Source: Elusimicrobiota bacterium
GTDB taxonomy: Bacteria > Elusimicrobiota > Elusimicrobia > UBA1565 > UBA9628
NCBI GenBank assembly: GCA_016191335.1
Contig: JACPOW010000029.1
Coordinates: 1,354-65,353 of the forward strand
Direction: 5' to 3'
Length of the DNA: 64,000 nucleotides
In this document: piece by piece, positions 17,836-26,595 of the stretch
How the letters are laid out: every line of letters starts with the position of its first letter
How positions within the stretch are numbered: position 1 is the stretch's first letter
The notes under the pieces: generated by a model
The model's input: the letters and a program-made list of their open reading frames with translations, nothing else
The model's database searches: none
Told to the model about the DNA's origin: nothing
Translations under genes and position numbers: made by a program

Positions 17836-18861
17836 TCAAGGCTTGCGGCGCATGCGGCGCAGCTGCTGGCCGATGTTGCCGCCGACGCGGGAGCGCCAGT
17901 CGGTGAGCGGCTTGCCCTTGTCCTGGGCGCGCTCCGGGACGACGCGGTAGATGAAGTGGTGGGTGACCTCGCCCAAAGCGACGAGGGCGGGCAGGCCCAT
18001 CACGGCGAGGACGGCGGGGTTGCTGCCGATGATCTGGAACCAGGCGGCGACCATGGCCAGGGCTGCGACGGGGTAGGCGACGGCGACCGCGCGCCAGGCC
18101 GTCTCGAAGGCGCTCTTGGCGGCGGGGCTCAGCTTCGGGTAGGCGTAGTAGCGGCCGGCCCAGAAGCCGGAGACCAGCGCGAAGTGGAACGGCACGAGCA
18201 GCAGCGGCGCGGCGAGGACGGCGAACATCGCGGGGCTCGGCGCGCTGACCAAGGACTGCGTCCAGGCGTACAGGGCGCCGCTCAGTGCCGCGATGCCGCC
18301 GCCGAGGACGGCGGAGTTCTGGAAGGCGCGCTTGACCCCTTCGGGCATGCGCCGCGCGGGGCGCGGGGCGGAGGGGGCGAGCGCGGGCGCGCGCGAGACG
18401 CCGGGGGAGGCCGTCACCCCGGCCGGATCCGCCGCGCGCGCGCCGCCGCCGTCGAAGAGGTTTGCGATCTCCCGCGAGGCGCCGTCGGAGGCGGGCGCGG
18501 CCTCGGTGAGCGCCGTCCCGGTCCGGCGCAGGGCGTCCACCGTCTTCACCGGCGCGGCCGGAGCGGGGAGAGCGGCGGCGGTCAGCGCCGCGGGCGCGGG
18601 GGTCAGCGCCGACGGGGCGAGCGGGGTCGGGGCCTGAAGCGCCGGGGCCAGGGGCGCGGCGAGGGCGGGGGCCAGCCCCGGGGCGGTCAGGCCGGCGACC
18701 GGCGTCAACTGGAGCGTGACCGCGGGGGAGGAGCCCGTCTTGAAGGTCGTCGCCTCTCCGGGCAAGGCGACCTCGACGGCGCGGCCGACGCCCGCGCGCG
18801 CGGGCGCGGGCGCCGCCGCGCCCAGCAGGGCGGCGAGGAAAACGAGGGGGAACGGCCTCAC
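17836..18861 (-). CDS. Signal peptide + Pro/Ala linker + 4-TM membrane protein
   Basis: GTG start at 18861 (TTGAAA-17-TACCCT-6-GTG); linker ends with NLFDG; hydrophobic C-terminal helices. Confidence 0.65.
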   Translation of the reverse strand: MRPFPLVFLAALLGAAAPAPARAGVGRAVEVALPGEATTFKTGSSPAVTLQLTPVAGLTAPGLAPALAAPLAPALQAPTPLAPSALTPAPAALTAAALPAPAAPVKTVDALRRTGTALTEAAPASDGASREIANLFDGGGARAADPAGVTASPGVSRAPALAPSAPRPARRMPEGVKRAFQNSAVLGGGIAALSGALYAWTQSLVSAPSPAMFAVLAAPLLLVPFHFALVSGFWAGRYYAYPKLSPAAKSAFETAWRAVAVAYPVAALAMVAAWFQIIGSNPAVLAVMGLPALVALGEVTHHFIYRVVPERAQDKGKPLTDWRSRVGGNIGQQLRRMRRKP

Positions 18862-18908
18862 CTCGAAAGGGTAGGGCGGGGACGCGGTAATTTCAAGGGC
18901 GCGGCGAG

Positions 18909-18935
18909 GGAACATTTCGGGGGGCTCGATCGTAA
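18909..18935 (+). repeat. Diverged third copy of the AAC-N17-CGT element
   Basis: GGAACATTTCGGGGGGCTCGATCGTAA; same TTTCGGGGGG..CGATCGT core and same 17-nt spacing. Confidence 0.55.
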
Positions 18936-18986
18936 GAGAGGAGGGGGCTCTTGACGAATACATACGCCGGAGGCATACTGATGCAT

Positions 18987-19175
18987 ATGAGAACGACCTT
19001 GATCATTCGGGACGACCTGATGGCCCGGGCGGCCAAGCTGGCGGGGCTGACGGAGAAGACGGCCCTGGTGCACGCCGGCCTGGAGGCCCTCATCGAGAAG
19101 AAATCGCGCGAGCGGCTGGCGGCGCTGGGCGGCTCCGAGCCGGGACTGAAGGCGCCGCCGCGCCGGCGGGCCTGA
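18987..19175 (+). CDS. vapB: VapB-family antitoxin
   Basis: MRTTLIIRDDLMARA...EKTALVHAGLEALI; TTGACG-17-CATACT promoter upstream. Confidence 0.87.
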   Translation: MRTTLIIRDDLMARAAKLAGLTEKTALVHAGLEALIEKKSRERLAALGGSEPGLKAPPRRRA

Positions 19176-19531
19176 TGCTCCTCGTCGACACCTCGGTGTG
19201 GGTGGACCATCTCCGCCGCGGCGACGCGGAGCTGGTCCGGCGCCTCGAGGAGGGCGCGGTGCTGACCCACCGCCTGGTCGTCGAGGAGCTGGCGTGCGGC
19301 TCGATGACCCGCCGCGGGGAGATCCTGAGCCTCCTGGGGACCTTGCCCCGCGCCGCCGAGGCGGATCACGCCGAGTTCCTGTATTTCGTCGAGAAGCACG
19401 GGCTGCACGGGACCGGGCTCGGCGCCGTGGACGCGCATCTGCTCGCCTCGGCGAAGCTGGCCCGCGCGCGGCTGTGGACGAAGGACGGGGCTTTGGCCCG
19501 GGCCGCGGCGAAGCTCGGCGTGGGGCTTTAG
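19175..19531 (+). CDS. vapC: VapC PIN-domain toxin
   Basis: LLVDTSVWVDHLR, VVEELACG, GAVDAHLLASA, LWTKD; TGATG coupling. Confidence 0.9.
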   Translation: MLLVDTSVWVDHLRRGDAELVRRLEEGAVLTHRLVVEELACGSMTRRGEILSLLGTLPRAAEADHAEFLYFVEKHGLHGTGLGAVDAHLLASAKLARARLWTKDGALARAAAKLGVGL

Positions 19532-19929
19532 CGCCAGCGCGCGCGGCGCTCGCTCCAGGAGCCGGCGCGCTTGAGCGGGCCGCCGGCGGAGGAGCCGAGG
19601 TAGATGCGTCCGCCGCGGACCCAATAGAAGGCGTTCTGGTCGAACTCGGCGGCGAGCGCGCGCGCCTTCGCGGGAGAATCGATGATGAGGCCCCAGCCGG
19701 CCTCGCGGTGAGAGCCGTCCTCGCTGCCGCCGGTGACGCGGAAGCGCCTGATCTTCAGCGCGTCGAGGCGGCGGCGCAGGGCCGCGTCGAGCTTCCTGTT
19801 CGCGACCGGGGAGAAGAGATGACCCATCGGGTTGTGCGCGGTGACGACGGCGAAGCGCGCGGGGGCCTTCCCGCGGAGAGAGGTCTTGAAATACGCGGCG
19901 AAGTAGGGGGCTTTGAGACGCGAGGCCAC
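19528..19929 (-). CDS. DUF3293-domain protein
   Basis: VVTAHNPMG, GSEDGSHREAGW, LAAEFDQNAFYW. Confidence 0.75.
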   Translation of the reverse strand: MASRLKAPYFAAYFKTSLRGKAPARFAVVTAHNPMGHLFSPVANRKLDAALRRRLDALKIRRFRVTGGSEDGSHREAGWGLIIDSPAKARALAAEFDQNAFYWVRGGRIYLGSSAGGPLKRAGSWSERRARWR

Positions 19930-19933
19930 GGCG

Positions 19934-20227
19934 TCAGAGCTGCGGCGTCGGCGGAGGCGGCGTCGGCGCGGGGCCCTTGCAGACGATCATGTGCGTCAGC
20001 AGGCTTCCGACCTTCTCGCCGCAGCGCTTGCAGTAGCCGGGCTTGTTGATGCGGCCGAGCGCGCCCTTGCCCGCGGCCTTGTTCTTGTGGCTGTAGCGGT
20101 TGACGATGTCCTTGACGCCGTCGGCGCGCTGCTTCCGGTCGCGCACCACCGGGCACTCCGGCTTGTGGTCGGAGAGCTTGACGACGTTCACCGCGTTGCA
20201 GCGGAAGCAGATCTTCACCGCGCGCAT
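19934..20227 (-). CDS. Small basic Cys/His-rich putative Zn-binding protein
   Basis: CFRC...H..EC and CKRC...H...C clusters. Confidence 0.55.
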   Translation of the reverse strand: MRAVKICFRCNAVNVVKLSDHKPECPVVRDRKQRADGVKDIVNRYSHKNKAAGKGALGRINKPGYCKRCGEKVGSLLTHMIVCKGPAPTPPPPTPQL

Positions 20228-20280
20228 TGTAGCTCTTTCTCGCCCTTGACGCATCGCGCGGATAGAGTTATACAGTGGGC

Positions 20281-20538
20281 ATGATCGAAGAAACCGTCGC
20301 GAAGATCGAGGCCGCCATCAAGGAGGCGCGGGGCGCCGACCCCAAGAACAAGGCCGAGATCATCGCCTTGCTCGAGAAGCTCAAGGCCGAGGTCCAGCGC
20401 GACATGCGCTCCAAGGACATGATCGACAAGGCCGAGGAGGCCGTCAAGGACGCCACCCTCGAGTTCGACGCGACCCACCCCAAGCTGGCCGCCGTGATCG
20501 GCGAGGTCAGCAACATGCTGGCCAAGATCGGCATCTAG
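20281..20538 (+). CDS. DUF4404-family helical protein
   Basis: EFDATHPKLAAVIGEVSNMLAKIGI C-terminus; TTGACG-17-TATACA-6-ATG. Confidence 0.75.
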   Translation: MIEETVAKIEAAIKEARGADPKNKAEIIALLEKLKAEVQRDMRSKDMIDKAEEAVKDATLEFDATHPKLAAVIGEVSNMLAKIGI

Positions 20539-20584
20539 CGTCTTGGGCCTTGACGGCCCACGACCCCCCTGTTACACTGAGATT

Positions 20585-20716
20585 GTCGGACGGTGATGTT
20601 CGACGGCCCTTAATACGGGACCCAAAGCGTTCGGACCCTGGTCTTTCTTGAGAAAGCGGATCGGGGTCGCTTCTTTATACGGGAAGCGGCTCCGAGGCCT
20701 CCAAGCCGGAAACGAC
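20585..20716 (+). ncRNA. Candidate structured 5' leader or small RNA (family not identified)
   Basis: Follows TTGACG-17-TACACT; stem GACCCUGGUC/GAUCGGGGUC with G-U pairs plus hairpins UUUC-UUGA-GAAA and GCUUC..GAAGC; ends at the AGGAGG RBS. Confidence 0.4.
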
Positions 20717-20727
20717 GAGGAGGGTAC

Positions 20728-21522
20728 ATGTCCATCCAATCGAGCGGTGAGTACCAAGACCGAGGACTCGAGTTGCTCTTGGCGGACGACGCGGAACAGG
20801 CGCTCTCGGTCTTCGAAGAAGGCATCCGGAAGTTCCCCGGCGACGCGGAGCTGAACCTGGGGCGCGCCCTGGCGCTCAACCGCCTGGGAGAGTACGTCCG
20901 CGCGAGCGAGGTCTTCGAGGCCCTGCGCGTGACGTCGAACCAGGTCGAGGACGTGATGACGGGTCAGGTCGAGGCCTATCTGGGACGCGGCATGGTCCTG
21001 CAGGCCAAGGCCGTGGCGAAGGACCTGGCCGACGGTCCGGCCAAGCGCGACGCCGAGACCCTGTGCCGGCTGGGCCGGCTGTTCTACATGAAGAAGCGCT
21101 ACCGCGACGCGCTGCCGTACTACGAGCGGGGCGCGGAGCTCTCGCCCAAATGGGGCGAGGCGTGGTTCGGGCTGGGCGCGTGCCAGTGGGCGCTGTCGCA
21201 CCCGGCGGGAGCCGAGGCCGCGCTGCGGCGCGCCGTCGAGCTCGAGCCGCAGGACTGGCAGGCCCGTCAGTTCCTGGGCTGCGTGCTGCACGACTTGGGA
21301 CGCAAGAAGGACGCGCGCGAGATGCTGGAAGCGGTGCCGTTGGACGTCTCGTGGCAGAGACCGGCCCTGGAGAGAATGGTCGCGATGGCCTGGTGGCCCC
21401 AGGATGCGGAAAAACGGAAGCAGATGGAGTCGCTGTGGAAGAGCGTGATGGGCGGCGCCCCTGGGCGTGGGGCAATGGACGTGCTTGAGGAAGTCAGCCG
21501 CAAGATGGAGTTCAAGCCGTAA
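20728..21522 (+). CDS. TPR-repeat protein
   Basis: Several TPR motifs (LGRALALNRLG, AWFGLGAC, LRRAVELEP); AGGAGG RBS. Confidence 0.82.
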   Translation: MSIQSSGEYQDRGLELLLADDAEQALSVFEEGIRKFPGDAELNLGRALALNRLGEYVRASEVFEALRVTSNQVEDVMTGQVEAYLGRGMVLQAKAVAKDLADGPAKRDAETLCRLGRLFYMKKRYRDALPYYERGAELSPKWGEAWFGLGACQWALSHPAGAEAALRRAVELEPQDWQARQFLGCVLHDLGRKKDAREMLEAVPLDVSWQRPALERMVAMAWWPQDAEKRKQMESLWKSVMGGAPGRGAMDVLEEVSRKMEFKP

Positions 21523-21549
21523 GCCGTCGTCGTTCGCACAGCCGAGCGG

Positions 21550-21576
21550 GGGCCGCCGGGACTACACCGGCGGCCC
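21550..21576 (+). terminator. Intrinsic terminator-like hairpin
   Basis: GGGCCGCCGG-gactaca-CCGGCGGCCC followed by TTCTCGTTT. Confidence 0.6.
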
Positions 21577-21592
21577 TTCTCGTTTACGGGGA

Positions 21593-21655
21593 TGGTGCCA
21601 GGCCTACCGATGTTTGCGTTGGGCGCTGGTGTCAGGCCTAACGGAAGTGACAGTA
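21593..21655. repeat. Left arm of inverted repeat flanking the MazG-like gene
   Basis: Reverse complement of 22043-22098 except 2 mismatches and a 7-nt insertion. Confidence 0.9.
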
Positions 21656-21663
21656 ATCGGTAC

Positions 21664-22008
21664 TCAGCGCTTTTTGTGGATGCGGCCGCGATTGAGGTGG
21701 GCGGGATACTTGAGCGCGTTCTTCTTCATCTTCGCCAGCGCGGCCTCGGTGAGGTCGATGCCGAAATGATCGCCGATCTTCTTGAGGTAGACGTAGGTGT
21801 CCGCGAGCTCCTCGGCGAGGTGGGCGCGCTGAGCGGGGTTCAGGTTCTTGGCCTGGGCGGGCGTCAGCCACTGGAAGATCTCGACGATCTCCGCGGCTTC
21901 CTTGACCATCGCCATGGCGAGGTTCTTGGGGCCGTGGTACTTGCCCCATTTGCGCTCGCGGGCGAAGCGCGTGATGGTCTCGTCGAGTTCGGCGCGGCGG
22001 TCTTTCAT
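21664..22008 (-). CDS. MazG-like nucleotide pyrophosphohydrolase
   Basis: FARERKWGKYHGPKNLAMAMVKEAAEIVEIFQW, EELADTY, KMKKNALKYP. Confidence 0.9.
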   Translation of the reverse strand: MKDRRAELDETITRFARERKWGKYHGPKNLAMAMVKEAAEIVEIFQWLTPAQAKNLNPAQRAHLAEELADTYVYLKKIGDHFGIDLTEAALAKMKKNALKYPAHLNRGRIHKKR

Positions 22009-22042
22009 GCCGACATTATCGCATAGCTTGCCGTCGGCTAAA

Positions 22043-22098
22043 TACTGTCACTACCGTTAGGCCTGACACCAACGCAAACGTCGGTAGGCCTGGCACCA
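22043..22098. repeat. Right arm of inverted repeat flanking the MazG-like gene
   Basis: TACTGTCACTACCGTTAGGCCTGACACCAACGCAAACGTCGGTAGGCCTGGCACCA. Confidence 0.9.
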
Positions 22099-22107
22099 AG
22101 ATTATCG

Positions 22108-23019
22108 TCAGCGCAGGGCGTCGAGGCCGGCTTGGAGGACGGCGAGGCGCTGGGGGACGGGGAGGGACGCGGGCTTGGTCTGGAGCTTGAGGCCGAGGAG
22201 GGGGCAGGGGCCGGCCTCGGCGAGGGCGGCTTTCGCGGCGGCGGGGGTCAGGATGGACTCGGGGACCGTCGTCGAGAAGGGGACGTGGGAGTCGCGCCAG
22301 GCGCCGTAGTCGGGGTGCGCGGACGTAGCACCCGAGAAGACCAGGGCGCCGAGCAGGTCGGCCTGGACGGCGCGGGCGATGTGCTCGAGGGGGCCGTCGG
22401 CGGAGCGGGTCTCGACGGCGGAGCGGCCCCAGTTGATCGCGACGGCGACGGGCGTCCGGCCGCCCGAGAGCTTGGCCGCGAGGACGTCGTCCTCGATGCT
22501 GAGGAAGCCCTTGTCGGGCTCGAGCCCGGGCACGGCCGCGTCGCAATGCTCGACGAGCAAGGTCGCGCCCTGCCAGTCGCGGTCGCGCAGGTCGGAGAGG
22601 GCCTCGGCGAAGCCGTCGAGGGAGCGCTTGGCGCGCGAGCCGTCGAGTCGCGGGGCGGAGTGCACCATCACCGCGCGCACGGCGCGGCGGCCGAGGGCGC
22701 GGTGCAGCTTCTCCACGGCGCGGCGCGCGCTCTCGACGTAGTCGATCGCGCGCTGGCGCGCGTCGGGGTCGGCGCTGGCCAGGCCGAAGCGCCGGTCGCC
22801 GGCGAGGCGGTCCATCGTGCCGGGCAAGGTGGTGAGGATCAGCGACCACTCGGGGCGGATCTGGCCGATCAGCCAGCCCTCGTCGCGGCGGTGCAAGGTC
22901 CCGAAGAACGGCTGCTCGAGCCCGGCCAAGTCCATGTCCGCGAGCCCGGCGTACAGGGCGGCCTCGTCGGCCTCCTCGAGGCCGGCGGACGCCGCGTAGG
23001 CCCCGACATGGATCTTCAT
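22108..23019 (-). CDS. DUF4862-family protein (TIM-barrel-like)
   Basis: VGAYAAS, GLEQPF, FGLASAD, HSAP, VEHCDA, KGFLSIEDD, INWGRSAVE. Confidence 0.8.
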   Translation of the reverse strand: MKIHVGAYAASAGLEEADEAALYAGLADMDLAGLEQPFFGTLHRRDEGWLIGQIRPEWSLILTTLPGTMDRLAGDRRFGLASADPDARQRAIDYVESARRAVEKLHRALGRRAVRAVMVHSAPRLDGSRAKRSLDGFAEALSDLRDRDWQGATLLVEHCDAAVPGLEPDKGFLSIEDDVLAAKLSGGRTPVAVAINWGRSAVETRSADGPLEHIARAVQADLLGALVFSGATSAHPDYGAWRDSHVPFSTTVPESILTPAAAKAALAEAGPCPLLGLKLQTKPASLPVPQRLAVLQAGLDALR

Positions 23020-23127
23020 GCGGCTATCCTATATAAGAATCGTCGTCCCGGACCTAGGCCTTTTGCCGAGGTTCAAAATAGGTCGTTTGGACGAAGATCC
23101 AGCCCCACGCGGGAGTAGACTTGGCTT

Positions 23128-24552
23128 ATGGCTAACACGAGATATCGGATCGCGCTCGTTCTCGCGATGTTGCCGTCGCTGTGCTCCGCTCAGGTCCGAT
23201 TCTCGTCGCCGTCCGGGTCCGTCGGGGCTCTGCCCATTCCGTTGACGCCGTTCTCTTCCTTCACCGCTCCCGCGCTCTCTCCGTTGTCGTTGTCCGTCCC
23301 GGCTCTAGCCCCCAGCCTGACGCCGTCGTTCTCCCCGGCCGTGGCCGCCGCCGTTCCCGTCTCCCTCGAGCAGGGCCGCGCCTTCTTCGACGGCGCCGCC
23401 GCGAAAGCGGACGCGCCGGCCCCGGCGAACCCCGCGGTCGCTCCTCGCGGGGAGACCGTGTCGTTGAACGGCGTCGTCCTCCCCTCGCGGATGTTCTCCG
23501 ACGAGACCCGGATCTCCGCCCAGCTCATCCGCGCCATCGACGCGGCGCAGACCTCGATCGACATCGCCATCCACGGCCTGGCCCTGCGCGAGATCGGGGC
23601 CGCGCTCCTGCGCGCCAAGAACCGCGGCGTGAAGGTCCGCATCGTGATGAACCAGACCCACGTGTTCCCGGAGAAGCCGCGCGAGACGCGCACGCCCGAG
23701 GTCCAGATGCTCATGGACCAGGGCTTCGAGCTGAAGATGCTGCGCGGCGGCGACATGTTCGGCATCATGCACAACAAGCTCGCGATCTTCGACAGCCAGG
23801 TCCTGGAGACCGGCTCGTTCAACTGGACGCACGCCGCCGACGCCTGGCACTGGGAGAACGCGATGTTCCACGCCGAGCAGGCCCGGATCAAGGCCTATCA
23901 GGCGTATTGGGACTGGATGTGGTCCATCTCCTCGAGGATCCCGAAGCAGGCCCCGCCCCGCCCGGAGCCGATCCCCGAGGGCCAGCCCCACCCCGGCCTG
24001 CCGCCCGCGCCCCAGGACCCGGCGCGCCCGGTGCTCTTCAACGGCGAGTCGTTCCCGGCGCAGGCCTTCTCTCCGTTCGGCGTTTCCGCGCACCTCGTGC
24101 GCGCCATCGACGCGTCCCGGGCGTCCATCGACCTGGCCAACTTCTCCTTCACCTCGGAGGAGCTGCGCGACGCGCTGCTGCGCGCCAAGGAGCGCGGCGT
24201 GAAGGTCCGCATCGTCTTCGACGCCCAGCAGTACAAGTACCTCTCCGAGATGCACTGGTTCGCCGACCAGGGCTTCGACGTCCTGCTCTCCGCCGGCAAG
24301 AGCGGCGAGAAGGGCGTCATGCACAACAAGTTCGCGGTGTTCGACGGCGCCATGGCGGAGGCCGGCTCGTTCAACTGGACCCGCAACGGCGAGAAGAACA
24401 ACTACGAGAACGCGATGTTCCTGGACGCGCCGGACGACGTCGCCGCCTTCGCGGCCGCGTTCAAGCGCATCCGCGACCAGGCCTGGGCGCCCGGGCCCGA
24501 GGACCACGCCGGCCCTCACGCCGCCCCCGAAGACTTCAACCACGGCCACTGA
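23128..24552 (+). CDS. Exported phospholipase D/Nuc-like protein with two HxKxxxxD domains
   Basis: MHNKLAIFD..TGSFNWT..WEN and MHNKFAVFD..GSFNWT..YEN; signal peptide and Pro/Ala/Ser linker ending AFFDG. Confidence 0.88.
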   Translation: MANTRYRIALVLAMLPSLCSAQVRFSSPSGSVGALPIPLTPFSSFTAPALSPLSLSVPALAPSLTPSFSPAVAAAVPVSLEQGRAFFDGAAAKADAPAPANPAVAPRGETVSLNGVVLPSRMFSDETRISAQLIRAIDAAQTSIDIAIHGLALREIGAALLRAKNRGVKVRIVMNQTHVFPEKPRETRTPEVQMLMDQGFELKMLRGGDMFGIMHNKLAIFDSQVLETGSFNWTHAADAWHWENAMFHAEQARIKAYQAYWDWMWSISSRIPKQAPPRPEPIPEGQPHPGLPPAPQDPARPVLFNGESFPAQAFSPFGVSAHLVRAIDASRASIDLANFSFTSEELRDALLRAKERGVKVRIVFDAQQYKYLSEMHWFADQGFDVLLSAGKSGEKGVMHNKFAVFDGAMAEAGSFNWTRNGEKNNYENAMFLDAPDDVAAFAAAFKRIRDQAWAPGPEDHAGPHAAPEDFNHGH

Positions 24553-24596
24553 TTTTCAGGGTTGACGGCGCGCGGGTCTGAGGCTACACTCAGGCC

Positions 24597-26537
24597 GTGA
24601 CGCTCCCTGTCTCCAAGGCGTTCTCCGCGCTCGCGCTCGCAGCCGCTCTCGCGATCCTCGGCCCGTGTCCGGCGCTGGCCGTCTCGCCGCCGAGCGTCAA
24701 CCCCTGCGACGGGCCCGGGGCCGCCATCAATCCCAATTGCGGGAACTCGGGCGCGCTCGCGCCGACGACGCCTCCGCAGAATCCCCCGCAGGATAGCGGG
24801 ACCGGCGCGGGCGGGAGCGTCGGCGGGGGTCTGGCCGGAGGTTCGGGAAGAGGCCCGACGGGAGGCTCCACCGGAGGCTCGACGGGCGGGATCGGCGGGA
24901 GCTTGTCCAATCTTCTGGGGAAAACCTTGGCCAATGCCGCTCCGGCCGGCGTCCAGCTGCAGATGGGCGACCTGTCCGCAGCGTGCGAGACCGCACGCGC
25001 CGCGCTCGCCCTTGACCCCAAGGACGCGAAGGCGCTCAAGATCGAGGTCCTCGCCTGCCGCTCCGGCCTGACGAGCGGGCCGAAGGCCGTCGACGGCGGC
25101 GACCTCAAGCCCGGGACCGGCGGCAAGGAAGTGGCCCTCGACGCGGGCTCGCGTTCGAAGCTGCTGCGCGGCGAGACGGGCGGGGGGGCCATGACCGGCC
25201 CCGGCGCCCTGCAGGCCTGGCTGCTGCGCATCGAGGAGACGAAGGGGCTCGGCGAGTACGCCCAGGTGATCATGCTGTCCGACGAGGCTCTGCAGGAGTT
25301 CCCCGGGAACACCCACCTCCTCGACGCGAAGGCCACGGCGCAGAACAAGCTCAAGGATTTCAAAGGGGCGCTCGCGGCGGCCGACGAGGCGCTGAGCCTC
25401 GACTCGAAGGACGCCGTCGCCTGGGCGAACCGGGCCTTCGCGCTGGGCGGGCTCGGCGACAAGAAGGGGATGATCGACGCCCTGCGCGAGGCGGCCGCGC
25501 TCGACCCGCGCTTCGAGGCGGCCCTCAAGGCCGCCCTGGCCGACGAGGCGGCGGGCCTGTTTGGCGGCGGGAACAAGGCGGGGTTCAAGCTGCCCGTCCT
25601 GCCGAAGGCGGTCTGGATCGGCGTACCGGCGGCCGCGGGTTTCCTGGCGATGCTGCTCGTCGTGCTCCTGGCCCGGCGGCGGGACGCCGTTCCCGCGACC
25701 GTGCCCGCGGGCCCGGTCGCCCCGCGCGCGATCGGGGCCGGCGACGTCCTGGGTGGGAATTTCCGCGTGGACGGCGAGCTCGGTCGCGGCGGCATGGGCA
25801 TCGTCTACGACGCGCACGACGAGCAGCTCGACCGCCGCGTGGCCATCAAGCAGCTCCAGCGCGACGCGGGCACCACGCCCGCCGACATCGAGCGCTTCCT
25901 CAAGGAGGCTCGGCTCGTCGCCAAGCTCAAGCACCCCAACCTCGCCGAGATCTACACCGTCCTCGTGGAGAGGGGCGAGCCCCTGCTCGTCTTCGAGTAC
26001 GTCGACGGGCGCACGCTCGACAAGGTCATCGCGACCAACCGCGGCCTGCCGCTGGCGCAGACGGAGAAGATACTCGACGGCATCACCGGCGCGCTCGACT
26101 ACGCCCACCGCCTGAAGATCATCCACCGCGACCTCAAGCCGTCGAACGTGATGGTCTCGCGCGACGGGGCGACGGTCAAGGTCATGGACTTCGGCATCGC
26201 GCATCAGGCGACCACGACGGGCCTGACCCGGACCGAGGCCTCCGGCACGCCGCCGTACATGTCGCCCGAGCAGGGCATGGGCTCCGTCTCGAAGGCCTCC
26301 GACCTGTACGCGCTGGGCGTGATGACCTACGAGATGGTCGCCGGGGTCCGCCCTTTCGAGGGGCCCGACTTCCTCGAACCGAAGCTGCGCAAGGAGTTCG
26401 CGCCCGTCACCCAGCGCGGCCGGGCGCTGCCCGCCGGGCTCGACGCGTTCTTCGCCTCGGCCCTCGACCCCGACCCCACGAAGCGCCCGGCCACGGGCGC
26501 GGCGTTCCTCCTCGCCTTCCGCCAGTCCCTCGCCTGA
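24597..26537 (+). CDS. Membrane Ser/Thr (Hanks) protein kinase with extracytoplasmic TPR region
   Basis: LGRGGMGIVY, VAIK, HRDLKPSN, DFG, GTPPYMSPEQ, SDLYALG; TM before the kinase domain. Confidence 0.92.
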   Translation: MTLPVSKAFSALALAAALAILGPCPALAVSPPSVNPCDGPGAAINPNCGNSGALAPTTPPQNPPQDSGTGAGGSVGGGLAGGSGRGPTGGSTGGSTGGIGGSLSNLLGKTLANAAPAGVQLQMGDLSAACETARAALALDPKDAKALKIEVLACRSGLTSGPKAVDGGDLKPGTGGKEVALDAGSRSKLLRGETGGGAMTGPGALQAWLLRIEETKGLGEYAQVIMLSDEALQEFPGNTHLLDAKATAQNKLKDFKGALAAADEALSLDSKDAVAWANRAFALGGLGDKKGMIDALREAAALDPRFEAALKAALADEAAGLFGGGNKAGFKLPVLPKAVWIGVPAAAGFLAMLLVVLLARRRDAVPATVPAGPVAPRAIGAGDVLGGNFRVDGELGRGGMGIVYDAHDEQLDRRVAIKQLQRDAGTTPADIERFLKEARLVAKLKHPNLAEIYTVLVERGEPLLVFEYVDGRTLDKVIATNRGLPLAQTEKILDGITGALDYAHRLKIIHRDLKPSNVMVSRDGATVKVMDFGIAHQATTTGLTRTEASGTPPYMSPEQGMGSVSKASDLYALGVMTYEMVAGVRPFEGPDFLEPKLRKEFAPVTQRGRALPAGLDAFFASALDPDPTKRPATGAAFLLAFRQSLA

Positions 26538-26539
26538 CC

Positions 26540-26595
26540 TTGACGGCCGCCGGTCCGGGTGCTATAATGAGGGTAATAGTTCAACATTAAACTAT
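26540..26595 (+). promoter_or_regulatory. marR promoter and probable MarR operator
   Basis: TTGACG-17-TATAAT; inverted repeat ATAGTT-caacatta-AACTAT (26576-26595) abutting the ATG. Confidence 0.75.

Noticed and set aside
20595-20612. Tiny uORF MFDGP in the structured leader
   Set aside because: Five codons with no RBS; likely chance. The resemblance to the FDG motif is treated as coincidence.
9658-22098. Integron-like cassette array
   Set aside because: No intI gene, genes lie in mixed orientations, and the repeats lack the attC RYYYAAC...GTTRRRY structure.
920-22100. attL/attR duplication of the tRNA-Ser 3' end and an integrase defining a prophage or ICE
   Set aside because: No second copy of TTCGAATCCCACCCTCTCC was seen by eye, and no recombinase, transposase or phage structural gene is in the window.
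23128-26537. PLD + Ser/Thr kinase as a Mokosh-like defence system together with the Upf1-like helicase
   Set aside because: Both have signal peptides, their own promoters and host-like codon usage, and lie about 17 kb from the helicase.
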